From IMG/VR virus record IMGVR_UViG_3300027899_000008: a stretch of DNA of 64,000 nucleotides; one strand, 5' to 3'. The DNA comes from a virus. The first letter of the stretch is position 1, and each line of letters starts with the position of its first letter. Shown one piece after another: positions 8,159-17,363 of the stretch. Under the pieces are notes generated by a model, which was not told the origin of the DNA, made no database searches, and was given only the letters and a program-made list of their open reading frames with translations. Both the position numbers and the translations under genes were made by a program.

Positions 8159-8369
8159 TTGGGTAAATCTCTCCTGCGATTTGAAGAACATCGCGCTCTA
8201 GTCGAACAATCTCATCAATGAGTTTTCGCAATTGATCAGATGATGCGTAACCATCTGCTGATGCGAGATTCGCAATCTCAGTAATTCGAGATTTGATATG
8301 CCCAAAGGCATATGGATATCCCGCTGAAACAGGAATAATGCGTGGCGGAAGAGAAGAGCTCGTGGTCAT
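8151..8369 (-). CDS. Hypothetical protein
   Basis: ORF track; ATGA coupling. Confidence 0.6.
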   Translation of the reverse strand: MTTSSSLPPRIIPVSAGYPYAFGHIKSRITEIANLASADGYASSDQLRKLIDEIVRLERDVLQIAGEIYPNG

Positions 8370-8800
8370 CGGTGATTCCTCTTGAAGAGTTCGTTGTTCG
8401 CATTCGCTTCAATCTTCTCATTACACGCATGGCACACCACCGCTGACTCTCCCGCATTCGCGCTGTCGATATCACACGGGAGTTCCCCGTAGATGAATGA
8501 GTCTGCGGAGAGAACCTTCATTCCGCAATTGTCGCAAAAGAACATCTTCCCTTGGCGCAGAAGAATCTCATCCTCCAAGTTATCTTGCTCTGGTTCCGAA
8601 TCGTCTGTGAAACGAGAAACGAGTCGCCTGTCGAGCTCGTCGTTCTTCGCGAGAAGCACCGAATACTGAAGCTCGAGGAGCTGAATCTTAGCGCGAAGAT
8701 CCACAATCTCATTTGCTGCTTCAACGAGATCGTCGTTGGTCAGAGTGTAGAATGGTTCGCGCGTAGTCAGACGATAGGTAATGTCGTGCTTGGTGGTCAT
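8366..8800 (-). CDS. Coiled-coil plus zinc-ribbon protein
   Basis: CDNC...CHAC. Confidence 0.65.
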   Translation of the reverse strand: MTTKHDITYRLTTREPFYTLTNDDLVEAANEIVDLRAKIQLLELQYSVLLAKNDELDRRLVSRFTDDSEPEQDNLEDEILLRQGKMFFCDNCGMKVLSADSFIYGELPCDIDSANAGESAVVCHACNEKIEANANNELFKRNHR

Positions 8801-8997
8801 GCGTATCTCGTTTGTGCGAATGATTGTTTGATGGTTCGTCGTTGGATGAATGCTTCGCCGTCAGCGCGAGCATTTCGTTCTTTCGTGATCTTCTTACCGA
8901 TGCCGAATGGTTTGCAGATGGTGAGATTGTGCTTTACTACTGCTGCACCTTCGCGTTCTGCTTCCAAGTCGAAGCGATCAAGAACTCGCTTTGGCAT
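8797..8997 (-). CDS. Small basic hypothetical protein
   Basis: ORF track; SD AGGAG. Confidence 0.55.
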   Translation of the reverse strand: MPKRVLDRFDLEAEREGAAVVKHNLTICKPFGIGKKITKERNARADGEAFIQRRTIKQSFAQTRYA

Positions 8998-9181
8998 TGT
9001 CGAGCTCCTGAATCAAGGAATCGCGCTGCTTGGTAAGATCAACAACCAAATTGTCGAGAACCTCAATCGCAATCGCGGACTGCTTCAAGTAGTCAATGTG
9101 TTCGGGTTCAAAAGAATCCTCATTTGCATTTGCGAAGTCGGTGAGAAAGACTGCGAGAGTTTCGAGGTGTGGATTGATCAT
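8978..9181 (-). CDS. Hypothetical early protein
   Basis: MINPHL start 7 nt after TATAAT. Confidence 0.65.
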   Translation of the reverse strand: MINPHLETLAVFLTDFANANEDSFEPEHIDYLKQSAIAIEVLDNLVVDLTKQRDSLIQELDNAKASS

Positions 9182-9188
9182 AATGTGT

Positions 9189-9217
9189 ATTATACCATAA
9201 GTCATCAAGCTTGTCAA
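9189..9217 (-). promoter_or_regulatory. Sigma70-type early promoter
   Basis: TTGACA-N17-TATAAT. Confidence 0.85.
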
Positions 9218-9246
9218 GCTCTAAGCTCCCGATTGTGGATATCTAT

Positions 9247-9810
9247 TTACCTCAAGTCTGATTTAGAACCAGTAAGATCAATTAAATTATAGGTTGGATA
9301 TCTCTGCTTAAACTCTTTGTGTATGGTATCAAGCGAACCACTTGAGAAATACATTCTATGATTTGTGTTCATGGATATTTCTTTTCGCACATGGTCAATT
9401 CTTCCATACACATGAGGATGCGACCTAGTTGCAATACCTTCATCATCATGGTGATAAGCATCAGGAAATACAATATCGTGGGTTTGTCCCATGTGGGATA
9501 TCGGACGAACTGCTATGTGTTTTTCGTCAGCATTATCCTTATTCAATTTTATAGTTGGTCCAGATGCCCACAAGTCAGGTAATTTCTGTTCTTGACCTGG
9601 TGTAACACCCCATACTTTACGCAATATGGAATTAAGTTTCTCGCGATGTCCCTTATCCTCAAACGATGGATCAAAATCTGAGGAATCGTGTCCGCGTGAA
9701 AGATATTCGCTCTGCGCTTCGGGTGTGAGAATACCAGCTTTCCCACGCTCATCACGCTCCTGCTTCATTTTATCTGTTGCTTCTGATAATAATTGTTTGA
9801 AGGTTATCAT
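9247..9810 (-). CDS. Putative internal head protein (capsid-targeting N-terminus)
   Basis: MITFKQLLSE resembles the T4 IP capsid-targeting sequence. Confidence 0.6.
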   Translation of the reverse strand: MITFKQLLSEATDKMKQERDERGKAGILTPEAQSEYLSRGHDSSDFDPSFEDKGHREKLNSILRKVWGVTPGQEQKLPDLWASGPTIKLNKDNADEKHIAVRPISHMGQTHDIVFPDAYHHDDEGIATRSHPHVYGRIDHVRKEISMNTNHRMYFSSGSLDTIHKEFKQRYPTYNLIDLTGSKSDLR

Positions 9811-10271
9811 CTATCGTTATCTCTATAGTCATCTAGATATCTTAAGGGAAATCCATAAACATCAGTAGGCGGTGGAACCCAATTGCTTGCAAAAGTTCTA
9901 GGAGTCTGTGACTGAGTAGATTTCTGTGTGGGTGTTACTTTACTGACTACTGGCACTGGTGTCTTCTCTTTTTCTGTTTTATTAGATAATCGTCTTTGAT
10001 TTTTTGCTTTTGCAGAAGAAAGGGAGTCCTTCAACGATTCGATATCAGTGGAAAGTTCATTCTTTCTCGCATTCACTCGTTCGTTGTGACGAATATTGAC
10101 TTCCTTATCCATTCCAGGAAACAAAAACTCAGACGATTCCTTATTTTTTGGTACTGATGAATGGTCACCACGATTGAGAGCAGATAATTCCTTTTGTTTA
10201 TTGGAATAAGATGCCTGTATTCGATTCTCTCGTTTCACACCTTCGGGTAGGTAATCTTTAAAGTTCTTCAT
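9807..10271 (-). CDS. Putative internal head protein
   Basis: MKNFKDYLPE start just after a late promoter. Confidence 0.6.
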   Translation of the reverse strand: MKNFKDYLPEGVKRENRIQASYSNKQKELSALNRGDHSSVPKNKESSEFLFPGMDKEVNIRHNERVNARKNELSTDIESLKDSLSSAKAKNQRRLSNKTEKEKTPVPVVSKVTPTQKSTQSQTPRTFASNWVPPPTDVYGFPLRYLDDYRDNDR

Positions 10272-10276
10272 ATCTT

Positions 10277-10288
10277 TATTTATAAATA
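10277..10288. promoter_or_regulatory. Overlapping bidirectional T4-type late promoter
   Basis: Palindromic TATTTATAAATA gives TATAAATA on both strands between divergent genes. Confidence 0.75.
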
Positions 10289-10352
10289 TGGAATATAAGA
10301 GCTCTCTTACAATTATCGTGAAACAACTCAATTACAGAAAAGAAATAGAAAT

Positions 10353-10982
10353 ATGAAAAAAATAAAAGATTTACTCAACGAATTTAGAAATAGTGGTAGC
10401 GGTGGAGGTGGTGGGGGAAATAACGATCCGAGTGGTGGAGATTTCTCAAGAATAGAACAATTCGCAGAATCCATTCCATTTACTCATATCACCACAGGAG
10501 AAGATGAAATTACCTTCAAGAGTGCCAATCATGCTCTTTTGGCAACCGCGCATAGTCTTGCGAAGCATGAAATGGGGCGGGAACAAGCAAGCAAGAGTGG
10601 AAATAAACCAATGCACGAATACTTTATGGCATCAGCCGGTACTCACGACGATGTATTGGATGCATTATCTCATCACATCATGAATCACCCAAAGCTGCCA
10701 TATGACTTGATAGATTCTGTTCCATCTTATGTTGAACACATTCAATCCGAAGCGGAGAAAACAACACGCGGTGCAGAGAGAATGGGATCAATGTTTGAAC
10801 CAAGAATGGGAGCTGCAAACACCGGAGAAAAGACGCTCAGGACTCATAGTCATCCTGATATGGAGCTATTACAACAACATCCGCATCTTCACGATGACAC
10901 ACATCATCTCAAGAATGTGATACAGGAATTAAAGGATAATCCAAGTGATGGATACTTCCTGAAGAGTGATGAAACTAAATAA
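10353..10982 (+). CDS. Putative internal head protein (His-rich)
   Basis: MKKIKDLLNE N-terminus; Gly linker. Confidence 0.6.
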   Translation: MKKIKDLLNEFRNSGSGGGGGGNNDPSGGDFSRIEQFAESIPFTHITTGEDEITFKSANHALLATAHSLAKHEMGREQASKSGNKPMHEYFMASAGTHDDVLDALSHHIMNHPKLPYDLIDSVPSYVEHIQSEAEKTTRGAERMGSMFEPRMGAANTGEKTLRTHSHPDMELLQQHPHLHDDTHHLKNVIQELKDNPSDGYFLKSDETK

Positions 10983-11016
10983 AAAAACAACCCTCCAGCA
11001 ATGGAGGGTTGTTCTT
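10981..11016. terminator. Bidirectional terminator
   Basis: AACAACCCTCCA-GCAA-TGGAGGGTTGTT between convergent genes. Confidence 0.8.
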
Positions 11017-11035
11017 AATCAGTCATTATATTTTA

Positions 11036-12196
11036 TTACAATCCACAGACTCCAGCTGGAGTTAAGTCCATAGTCCAATTTCCATTAAGGGAAATATTCG
11101 GACTATATGCTGACGCACCAGTAGAAATGAGATTGAAACTACCATTTGTTCCTAGTGAAACGGTACCAGGATGTAAGATTTCGAGTGATGCATTTTCTGC
11201 ATACATGAATCCTTCTTGTACTGATGTCGCATCTGCTGTTGGATATTGCGCAAAAGAGACTTTACCACTATACAGCTGCAGATTATTCATATCAACACCA
11301 TGTTTTATCACTATACTTGGGTTTTGATTAGAACCTCCGCCAAAAGTTGTCAATTTTTCCACATATGTTCTGCTTAACGCATCAGGGCCTGATGCACCTT
11401 CGAATCCTGTATCTTCTTCAAATGTAAGAGTTGGGCCACCCAAGGTGTGGGGTGCTAGGTAGATAATACTTATATCAAGACCAGAGGCATATCCTCTATG
11501 CACAACAATACCTGTATCTGACCCACCTGAGTATATTCCATTATATCCACTAGTGGTAGAATAAACATGAAACACATCATAATTGCGTAAACCACTATTA
11601 GCATAAGGATTATTATTTATTGTATATTGCAACGCTGATCCTAATTCCAAGTTTTGCAAATGTACGGTAGCGTAAGTAGAATACGGTGACACTGGAATAG
11701 TACTTATTGTGCGCACGGTTCCTTTAATCCAATAGGTGTGCGTTTTCCTTGCTGCAACACTAATAATAGCATTTGCTCGTGTTACTCCACTTCCATCAAC
11801 CAAGTGAATGTAAGAGGCAGAATCAGCTGGCGCACCACACGCGCCGGCTCCAACATTAAGTGCCAGTGATGCTGTTCTGAAACTAAAATAACTTCCTGAT
11901 GATCCGAGTGGAACAGGACAGTCGGGATTGACTACAACCGAAGAAAAATATTGAATGCCACCACTATATCCAAGCATCGGCCCTTGCGGTGCTACAATCG
12001 GATATGTCTCTACATTATAACAATTGCCCAACACGGAATATTTCGTAAAGATAATTGGTTCACCATCTTGCGGAATCCTATTTGCGTGTGTGGGTAAAAA
12101 CCCACAAAGTCCAAAGGGAGCCCAATTTGTCCAATTTACTACATTATTTACATTGCCACTCGCGCCAGTTACACCCAGCCAGTAGAATGTTGCCAT
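11036..12196 (-). CDS. Beta-rich virion structural/fibre-like protein
   Basis: MATFYWLG...NWTNW N-terminus; G/S/T/Y-rich; SD AGGAG. Confidence 0.6.
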   Translation of the reverse strand: MATFYWLGVTGASGNVNNVVNWTNWAPFGLCGFLPTHANRIPQDGEPIIFTKYSVLGNCYNVETYPIVAPQGPMLGYSGGIQYFSSVVVNPDCPVPLGSSGSYFSFRTASLALNVGAGACGAPADSASYIHLVDGSGVTRANAIISVAARKTHTYWIKGTVRTISTIPVSPYSTYATVHLQNLELGSALQYTINNNPYANSGLRNYDVFHVYSTTSGYNGIYSGGSDTGIVVHRGYASGLDISIIYLAPHTLGGPTLTFEEDTGFEGASGPDALSRTYVEKLTTFGGGSNQNPSIVIKHGVDMNNLQLYSGKVSFAQYPTADATSVQEGFMYAENASLEILHPGTVSLGTNGSFNLISTGASAYSPNISLNGNWTMDLTPAGVCGL

Positions 12197-12248
12197 GTGT
12201 GCATTTCTCCTATTTCTACTAGTATATAGGGAAATTGCTTAATACATT

Positions 12249-12286
12249 AAAAAGAAAACCCCCGATTGCTCGGGGGTTTCTTGTTT
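12249..12286. terminator. Intrinsic terminator
   Basis: AAACCCCCGA-TTGC-TCGGGGGTTT with A/T flanks. Confidence 0.8.
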
Positions 12287-12306
12287 GACTGGGATGTTCT
12301 GATTAT

Positions 12307-12516
12307 TTAGACGCTGAAGACGATTCCGCCAGTGCGTCCACGCTTGAATTGAATTCGCGAACCGAAGTGGATGACAAGTGACTTCTTCAAGTCAACCGCT
12401 TTCATGTTGAACTCACGCGCAAGGTGCTTGACGGTGAGTCGTTCGGTCAAGGAGCGAGAAACGAGAGAAGTGAAGTCGATGTTGGTCTTAGCAGTCGAGA
12501 GCATAGTAGCAGTCAT
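12307..12516 (-). CDS. Small basic protein, possibly HTH-like DNA-binding
   Basis: LTVKHLAREFNM...FKRGRTGG; SD AAAGGA. Confidence 0.55.
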   Translation of the reverse strand: MTATMLSTAKTNIDFTSLVSRSLTERLTVKHLAREFNMKAVDLKKSLVIHFGSRIQFKRGRTGGIVFSV

Positions 12517-12620
12517 GTGATTTCCTTTGAATTGTCTTTGCGATTTGTGCGAAATGATTGTGTGGAACACGAAGAAGAGGTTTGGTTGGGATGTATGAAA
12601 GAGTGATGATTGATTTCAAA

Positions 12621-13817
12621 TCAAAAGGGAACCTCCATATCTGTCTCGTCCTTATTCATTGCGTTCACAGAAGGATAGGCAGGAATGTCGTTGCCGTCAA
12701 TCTTGTTGTAGAAGGAGAGAAACGCGGTCTGCGTATCTTTGTCGAATCGCGCAAGCGACATCTGAAGTGCCTTCTGCTTGCATCCAAAGATGGAATACGC
12801 TTTGCAGATATTGATTGCACGGCGAGTCGTGATGAGATCGCTGAAGGTTCCATCATTACAACCCTTGCGAATGGACTCAGTCCACTTCGTGAGACAATCG
12901 GCGAAATGCTCATCAACCTTGCCGAAAGACTTCATCTTCTTGAGAAGAATCTTCTTCTCAACAGCGCGAGGCGCATAGTCAATCTCAAACCAAAAGTCGA
13001 AGCGGTCGAGCATTGCTTCGTTCATCACGCGAGTACCGACGAAACGACCATCGTCGGAACCCTTACCCTTTGTATTGCAAGTAGCAACGATGTTGAAGCG
13101 CATGGAATTCGGAATCTTGGTGATGATGCGCTCAATGAACTTACCCTTACCTTCAAGTGGAGACTGAAGACACATGGTCTTCGCAGTACCACAATCCATC
13201 TCATCGAGAAGCAGAATCGCACCACGCTTGAGAGCGACAATCACAGGCCCGTCTTGCCATTCCATCGAAGTCTGACCATCGTGATTGACCAGCTTCCAAG
13301 TACCGATGAGCGAATCCTCATCAGTCATCTCGGTGAAATTGACGCGCAGACATTCGCGATTCAACTTCGCGCAAATCTGCTCAATCATTTCGGTCTTGCC
13401 TGTACCTGTGTTGCCAGTCAGAACCATTGGAGCAAACATCTCACTCTGAATCACCTTCAGGACATCATCGTAATGTCCGAATGGAACATAGTCCTTATTC
13501 GTTTCGGGAATCAAAGTAGTACGATCTCCGTTGCTTGAAGCAGCGAGAGTGTACATGACGGCATCGTTGTTTGCAGTATTGGTAGCAATCGGTTTCGGCA
13601 TTGGGGCAATCTTGGTTTGCTTTGCGAGAGTAGTGTCGATGTAGAAGAGTCCGCGACCATAACTACGAGTCTTGTCTTGAACGAACCACGAAGGAGGATA
13701 CTTCATTCCGATGGAATTAGCAGCCTCTACGCATTGTGATCGAGTGACGATGTTGTTGCCATTGGAAATGGTCTTGATGGCATGAAGGAAGACGGATTTG
13801 TTTGCAAGTTTGGGCAT
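12621..13817 (-). CDS. cobS: CobS-like / MoxR-family AAA+ ATPase
   Basis: Walker A GNTGTGKT, Walker B LLLDE, NEAMLDRF arginine finger; same layout as T4-like phage CobS. Confidence 0.88.
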   Translation of the reverse strand: MPKLANKSVFLHAIKTISNGNNIVTRSQCVEAANSIGMKYPPSWFVQDKTRSYGRGLFYIDTTLAKQTKIAPMPKPIATNTANNDAVMYTLAASSNGDRTTLIPETNKDYVPFGHYDDVLKVIQSEMFAPMVLTGNTGTGKTEMIEQICAKLNRECLRVNFTEMTDEDSLIGTWKLVNHDGQTSMEWQDGPVIVALKRGAILLLDEMDCGTAKTMCLQSPLEGKGKFIERIITKIPNSMRFNIVATCNTKGKGSDDGRFVGTRVMNEAMLDRFDFWFEIDYAPRAVEKKILLKKMKSFGKVDEHFADCLTKWTESIRKGCNDGTFSDLITTRRAINICKAYSIFGCKQKALQMSLARFDKDTQTAFLSFYNKIDGNDIPAYPSVNAMNKDETDMEVPF

Positions 13818-13823
13818 GAGCAT

Positions 13824-13852
13824 ATTATACCAAAAGTTCAAGCTCTTGTCAA
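13824..13852 (-). promoter_or_regulatory. Sigma70-type early promoter
   Basis: TTGACA-N17-TATAAT-N6-ATG. Confidence 0.88.
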
Positions 13853-13881
13853 TAGCTTAGGACGACATAATTTTTATTTTT

Positions 13882-13932
13882 TCAGAGTCGTTCTGACTCT
13901 GAGCGGGTCGGATAGAGTCGGTTTGACTCTAT
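13882..13932. promoter_or_regulatory. Two palindromic operator-like sites AGAGTC-N5-GACTCT
   Basis: TCAGAGTC-gttct-GACTCTGA (13882-13902) and ATAGAGTC-ggttt-GACTCTAT (13912-13932). Confidence 0.55.
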
Positions 13933-13977
13933 GTTGATAGTAGTTATTATCGGACTATAAATAATGGACATTTAAGG

Positions 13978-14006
13978 TTGACAACTACTTGTGTTTATGG
14001 TATAAT
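13978..14006 (+). promoter_or_regulatory. Sigma70-type early promoter
   Basis: TTGACA-N17-TATAAT-N6-ATG(14013). Confidence 0.88.
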
Positions 14007-14012
14007 GTCATT

Positions 14013-16307
14013 ATGTCCAACCACAATCAGAACACGCAATCCATTCTCGCAAAGACTCTCGCGGAGGAGAATCTCAAAGTTCAATTCGATCCATCTGCAA
14101 AAACTGCAATGTGCGATGTTGCAAATCGTGTCATCATTCTTCCTGTATGGGAAGGATTGTCTGACTCTGTGCGTGACTTGTTGATTGGTCACGAAATCGC
14201 TCACGCTTTGTATACTCCCGACATTGATAAGGGAAAGAAGAGTGACGAAATTAGTGGGCCTTGGACTTCTGCTGCCGAAGATATCGGTGGCAATGTTCAT
14301 GCTTCGTATGTGCAAGGCATCATGCAGATTGTCGAGGATGTTCGCATTGAACGCAAGGTGAAGAGTAAGTATCCTGGCCTTCGTCGCGACTTCAGCGCGG
14401 GATATCGTGAGTTGTTCGATAAGAACTTCTTCGGTACTGATGGCATTGATATCAATAAGAGTTCGTTTCCAGATCGAATCAATCTCCATTTCAAGGTTGG
14501 TGTTCATCTTGCTGTTCCATTCTCTGCTGAAGAGCAAGTGATTGTGAATGCCATTGAGAAGAATGATACCTTTGATGGAACAATCAATCTGACATCTGAA
14601 GTGTTCCGATTCATTGGTGGTTGCAAGACTCACATTGAAATGCCTAAGACTCAAACCTCAAAGAGTTCAAGCAGTAGTTCATCTACAGAGAACTCAGAAT
14701 CAGGCGAATCTGATTCATCGAACACAGAATCAATAGAGCAAAGCACCATGCCAATGGGTTCTGCTATGGATAATGAGGAGTCTAACCCACTTCCCATTAT
14801 TCGCACACAAAGCACTTTCGATAGGAATCAGCAGAACTCTGTGTCTGACAGGATTTATCAGGTCAAGTACGCAACACTTCCAATCGCTAATCAGAATCGC
14901 ATGATTCTTCCATTCAAGAAGACTAATGCGATTCTTTCAGACTTCTTCTCCAATTTTCAGGAAAACTCAAAGTCACATGGTTTGCTCATGACGGCAATCA
15001 ACGAGAAGTATTCGCGATTGCTTTCCAATAGCAAGCCTCTGATTAATCAGTTGGTTCAGCAGTTTGAAATGAAGAAGTCTGCCGATGAGCAGAAGCGCAC
15101 CACTACTTCTCGTAGTGGAAAATTGGATACGGATCGTCTGTGTCTTCACAAGATTACCGACGATATCTTTCTCAATTACTCAAAGGTTGCCGATGGTCAG
15201 AATCACGGCATGGTCATGTTCATTGATTGGTCGAGTTCAATGAATGTTTCAACCGAAGATGTTTTGACGCAGGTCGTCATGCTCTCGCAGTTCTGCAAGC
15301 GTATGCAGATTCCGTTTGATGTCTATCTGTTTAGCAGCAGTCAGCATCTCATTGGCAAGCATCTCGGAGAACATGGCGAATCGCAGTATGTCGATTTGAA
15401 TCAATGGAATACGAAATCTTCCATTGACTCCTTTCGCAAGGAGAGCTCCTATTCAAGTAAGACAACGAAAGATAATGATAAGTTCAACAATGAAAGTCTT
15501 TCTCTCATTCATATTCTCTCTTCCGATATGAATACCAAAGAGTTCACTGATGCGTTGAAGAATGTGTTCACTCTTGGTCAATTCGTCACTCGTCCAGCTG
15601 ATATTCGTGTCGTCAAGGGTGATCCATCACAACAAGTTGCTAATGTTAATCTCTATCCTCCCGTAGGATTTAGTCAAGGAAATACTCCTCTCGACTCGAC
15701 CATCATTGCTGCGATGAATATCGTTCCTGAGTTTCAGAAGAAGCATAAGGTTCAAATCGTCAATACGATTTTCCTCACCGATGGAGAAACAGGTCATTCT
15801 CCAATTCAAAGTATGGTTGGAAATAGGGATACCAAGGGCTTTGTCAATTGTCCAATCAACGGCAAGGAATACTCTGTTGACAATTTTCAGCGAACAACTG
15901 ATGCTCTGCTCCATATCTTCGGAGATGTCACTGGCAGCAACACCATCGGGTTCTACATCGTTGTTGCCAAGGGTGGTTACTGCCCATACTTTGATGGTGA
16001 CCGCAAAGAGGAAGTCAAGAAGATGAATGAGGTTGGATTTTACGAAGCACCTGCGATTCTCAATCTCAACTATTATGGTCGAACGGATAAAATCCGTAAT
16101 CACGGATATGATCGTTTGTTTGTGCTTCCAAACAACCACGATATCACCGATATCGACTCCGTTGACGAAGCGATGAATGAACTGCCCACCAACGCTACAT
16201 TTACTCGCGTTCGCAATACATTCTTCAAGACAATTGAGAAGCGGTCATCTTCGCGCGTGTTCATCAATCGGTTCTCCGATGTGATCGCGAACCAAATCAA
16301 GCGGTGA
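14013..16307 (+). CDS. CobT-like protein: zincin metallopeptidase-like domain plus vWA (MIDAS) domain
   Basis: HEIAH and EDVRIER; IDWSSSM (DxSxS), NTP, LTDG. Confidence 0.85.
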   Translation: MSNHNQNTQSILAKTLAEENLKVQFDPSAKTAMCDVANRVIILPVWEGLSDSVRDLLIGHEIAHALYTPDIDKGKKSDEISGPWTSAAEDIGGNVHASYVQGIMQIVEDVRIERKVKSKYPGLRRDFSAGYRELFDKNFFGTDGIDINKSSFPDRINLHFKVGVHLAVPFSAEEQVIVNAIEKNDTFDGTINLTSEVFRFIGGCKTHIEMPKTQTSKSSSSSSSTENSESGESDSSNTESIEQSTMPMGSAMDNEESNPLPIIRTQSTFDRNQQNSVSDRIYQVKYATLPIANQNRMILPFKKTNAILSDFFSNFQENSKSHGLLMTAINEKYSRLLSNSKPLINQLVQQFEMKKSADEQKRTTTSRSGKLDTDRLCLHKITDDIFLNYSKVADGQNHGMVMFIDWSSSMNVSTEDVLTQVVMLSQFCKRMQIPFDVYLFSSSQHLIGKHLGEHGESQYVDLNQWNTKSSIDSFRKESSYSSKTTKDNDKFNNESLSLIHILSSDMNTKEFTDALKNVFTLGQFVTRPADIRVVKGDPSQQVANVNLYPPVGFSQGNTPLDSTIIAAMNIVPEFQKKHKVQIVNTIFLTDGETGHSPIQSMVGNRDTKGFVNCPINGKEYSVDNFQRTTDALLHIFGDVTGSNTIGFYIVVAKGGYCPYFDGDRKEEVKKMNEVGFYEAPAILNLNYYGRTDKIRNHGYDRLFVLPNNHDITDIDSVDEAMNELPTNATFTRVRNTFFKTIEKRSSSRVFINRFSDVIANQIKR

Positions 16308-16340
16308 TTCCCGCATAAAGGAATCTCAACTTCTCTCTAC

Positions 16341-16373
16341 TTGGGAATAGCTTAACACCTATTCCCAATTTTT
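16341..16373 (+). terminator. Intrinsic terminator
   Basis: TTGGGAATAG...CTATTCCCAA then T-tract. Confidence 0.65.
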
Positions 16374-16517
16374 AAAACCAATTAATGATATAATGCTATT
16401 TAATTCATTAAATTTGGAATGAAAAGTCCGATAATAATAATATTATCGGACTTTTTCATCAACAAAAATGTTGATAGTATTTGTTGATAGTAGCACAGCT
16501 CTGAGTCTAACCGCTAT

Positions 16518-16769
16518 TTATTGCTTTTTTACCAGAGTATCTTCTGTTTTTACAAAGCTAGGAGGCACTACATACCATCCTTCTGGAATTTCTACAATAT
16601 TATCGCTGAGACTCCACTGCCCCTCCGTCAGGCTGTATATTCTTGACTTGCAGTGTGGTCCCACTCGAAACGGGCTGTCCTCCGACACTAGTATCGTTCT
16701 GTTTCCGCATCCAATCATCCAACTTGCTACCAGCAGCAATAAGACGATCCCGGTCAACTTGCGAGTCAA
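16518..16769 (-). CDS. o-spanin (Rz1-like) lipoprotein overlapping the i-spanin
   Basis: TTG start gives MTRKLTGIVLLLLVASWMIG|C, a lipoprotein signal; Pro-containing mature part; out of frame with 16600..16851. Confidence 0.6.
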   Translation of the reverse strand: MTRKLTGIVLLLLVASWMIGCGNRTILVSEDSPFRVGPHCKSRIYSLTEGQWSLSDNIVEIPEGWYVVPPSFVKTEDTLVKKQ

Positions 16770-16851
16770 TCGCTGTTGATCCCTTTTCCATTCTCTTTTC
16801 CAAAAAGGCGAAGAGTGCGAAGGCGATTTGAGCAATGATTTTTTCAAACAT
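16600..16851 (-). CDS. i-spanin (Rz-like) candidate
   Basis: N-terminal hydrophobic segment plus helical domain; overlaps a lipoprotein ORF; follows a holin-like gene. Confidence 0.55.
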   Translation of the reverse strand: MFEKIIAQIAFALFAFLEKRMEKGSTAIDSQVDRDRLIAAGSKLDDWMRKQNDTSVGGQPVSSGTTLQVKNIQPDGGAVESQR

Positions 16852-16859
16852 TTTATCCT

Positions 16860-17060
16860 TTACTTGACAGGAGTAGCTGGTGGAGTGGAATTTGCCGCAT
16901 CTTTAGCAAAGATAAGACCTACACCAGCAAGTATTGCTGCAATCGCTGCTGTATAATCAGGAAGTGTCAAGGGATCGTTATCAAATAATGCTGTGCAAAT
17001 CGCACCCACTGCTACTAAAATAGCACCTATACCAGCAAATGTCGTATTCTTGTTATTCAT
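16860..17060 (-). CDS. Holin-like protein (2 TM)
   Basis: KNTTFAGIGAILVAVG...AAIAAILAGVGLIFAKD; SD AAGGAG. Confidence 0.7.
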   Translation of the reverse strand: MNNKNTTFAGIGAILVAVGAICTALFDNDPLTLPDYTAAIAAILAGVGLIFAKDAANSTPPATPVK

Positions 17061-17095
17061 AAATCTATCTCCTTTGTATACTATTATATATAAAG

Positions 17096-17281
17096 GTGAT
17101 GATAAAGGATAAGAAGTTTACCAAAATCCTCAAGGCAGCAATGCGGTCGAAAGACTCAGAGAACATCCTTTCATCACCCCAATTCTTACACTTTATAGAC
17201 AAGGAATCTCAAAAAAGAGGAATAGATCCTTCTTTATTCTATTCCAAGAATAGTAAATTCATGAAAAAACTAAAACACTAG
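17096..17281 (+). CDS. Small basic hypothetical protein
   Basis: ORF track; follows TATATATA and precedes a hairpin. Confidence 0.4.
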   Translation: MMIKDKKFTKILKAAMRSKDSENILSSPQFLHFIDKESQKRGIDPSLFYSKNSKFMKKLKH

Positions 17282-17349
17282 TGCCGCGTTCGGGCTTTCG
17301 CTACCTCAACTTGGACCTAGGGGGGATTCAGAAATGAGTCCCCCATCTT

Positions 17350-17357
17350 TATAAATA
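17350..17357 (+). promoter_or_regulatory. T4-type late promoter
   Basis: TATAAATA 6 nt before ATG 17364. Confidence 0.75.
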
Positions 17358-17363
17358 GAATTG

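Noticed and set aside
12558-13538. Long antisense ORFs (also 8552..9292, 13995..14654, 20900..21571, 57264..57818)
   Set aside because: Shadows of well-supported genes on the opposite strand, with no motifs of their own
12621-16307. Cobalamin biosynthesis auxiliary genes serving NrdJ
   Set aside because: No cobN or other cob genes in the window; the partner has a zincin motif, so a generic AAA/vWA role is more likely
1-16400. Chimeric assembly suggested by GC-richer early blocks versus AT-rich late blocks
   Set aside because: The same promoter style recurs at 21710 and 45186, and composition follows expression class; read mapping would be needed to exclude it fully
17281-17350. Small structured RNA upstream of the lysozyme
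   Set aside because: Only one clear GAAA-capped hairpin, adequately explained as a terminator; no tRNA or known ncRNA fold recognised
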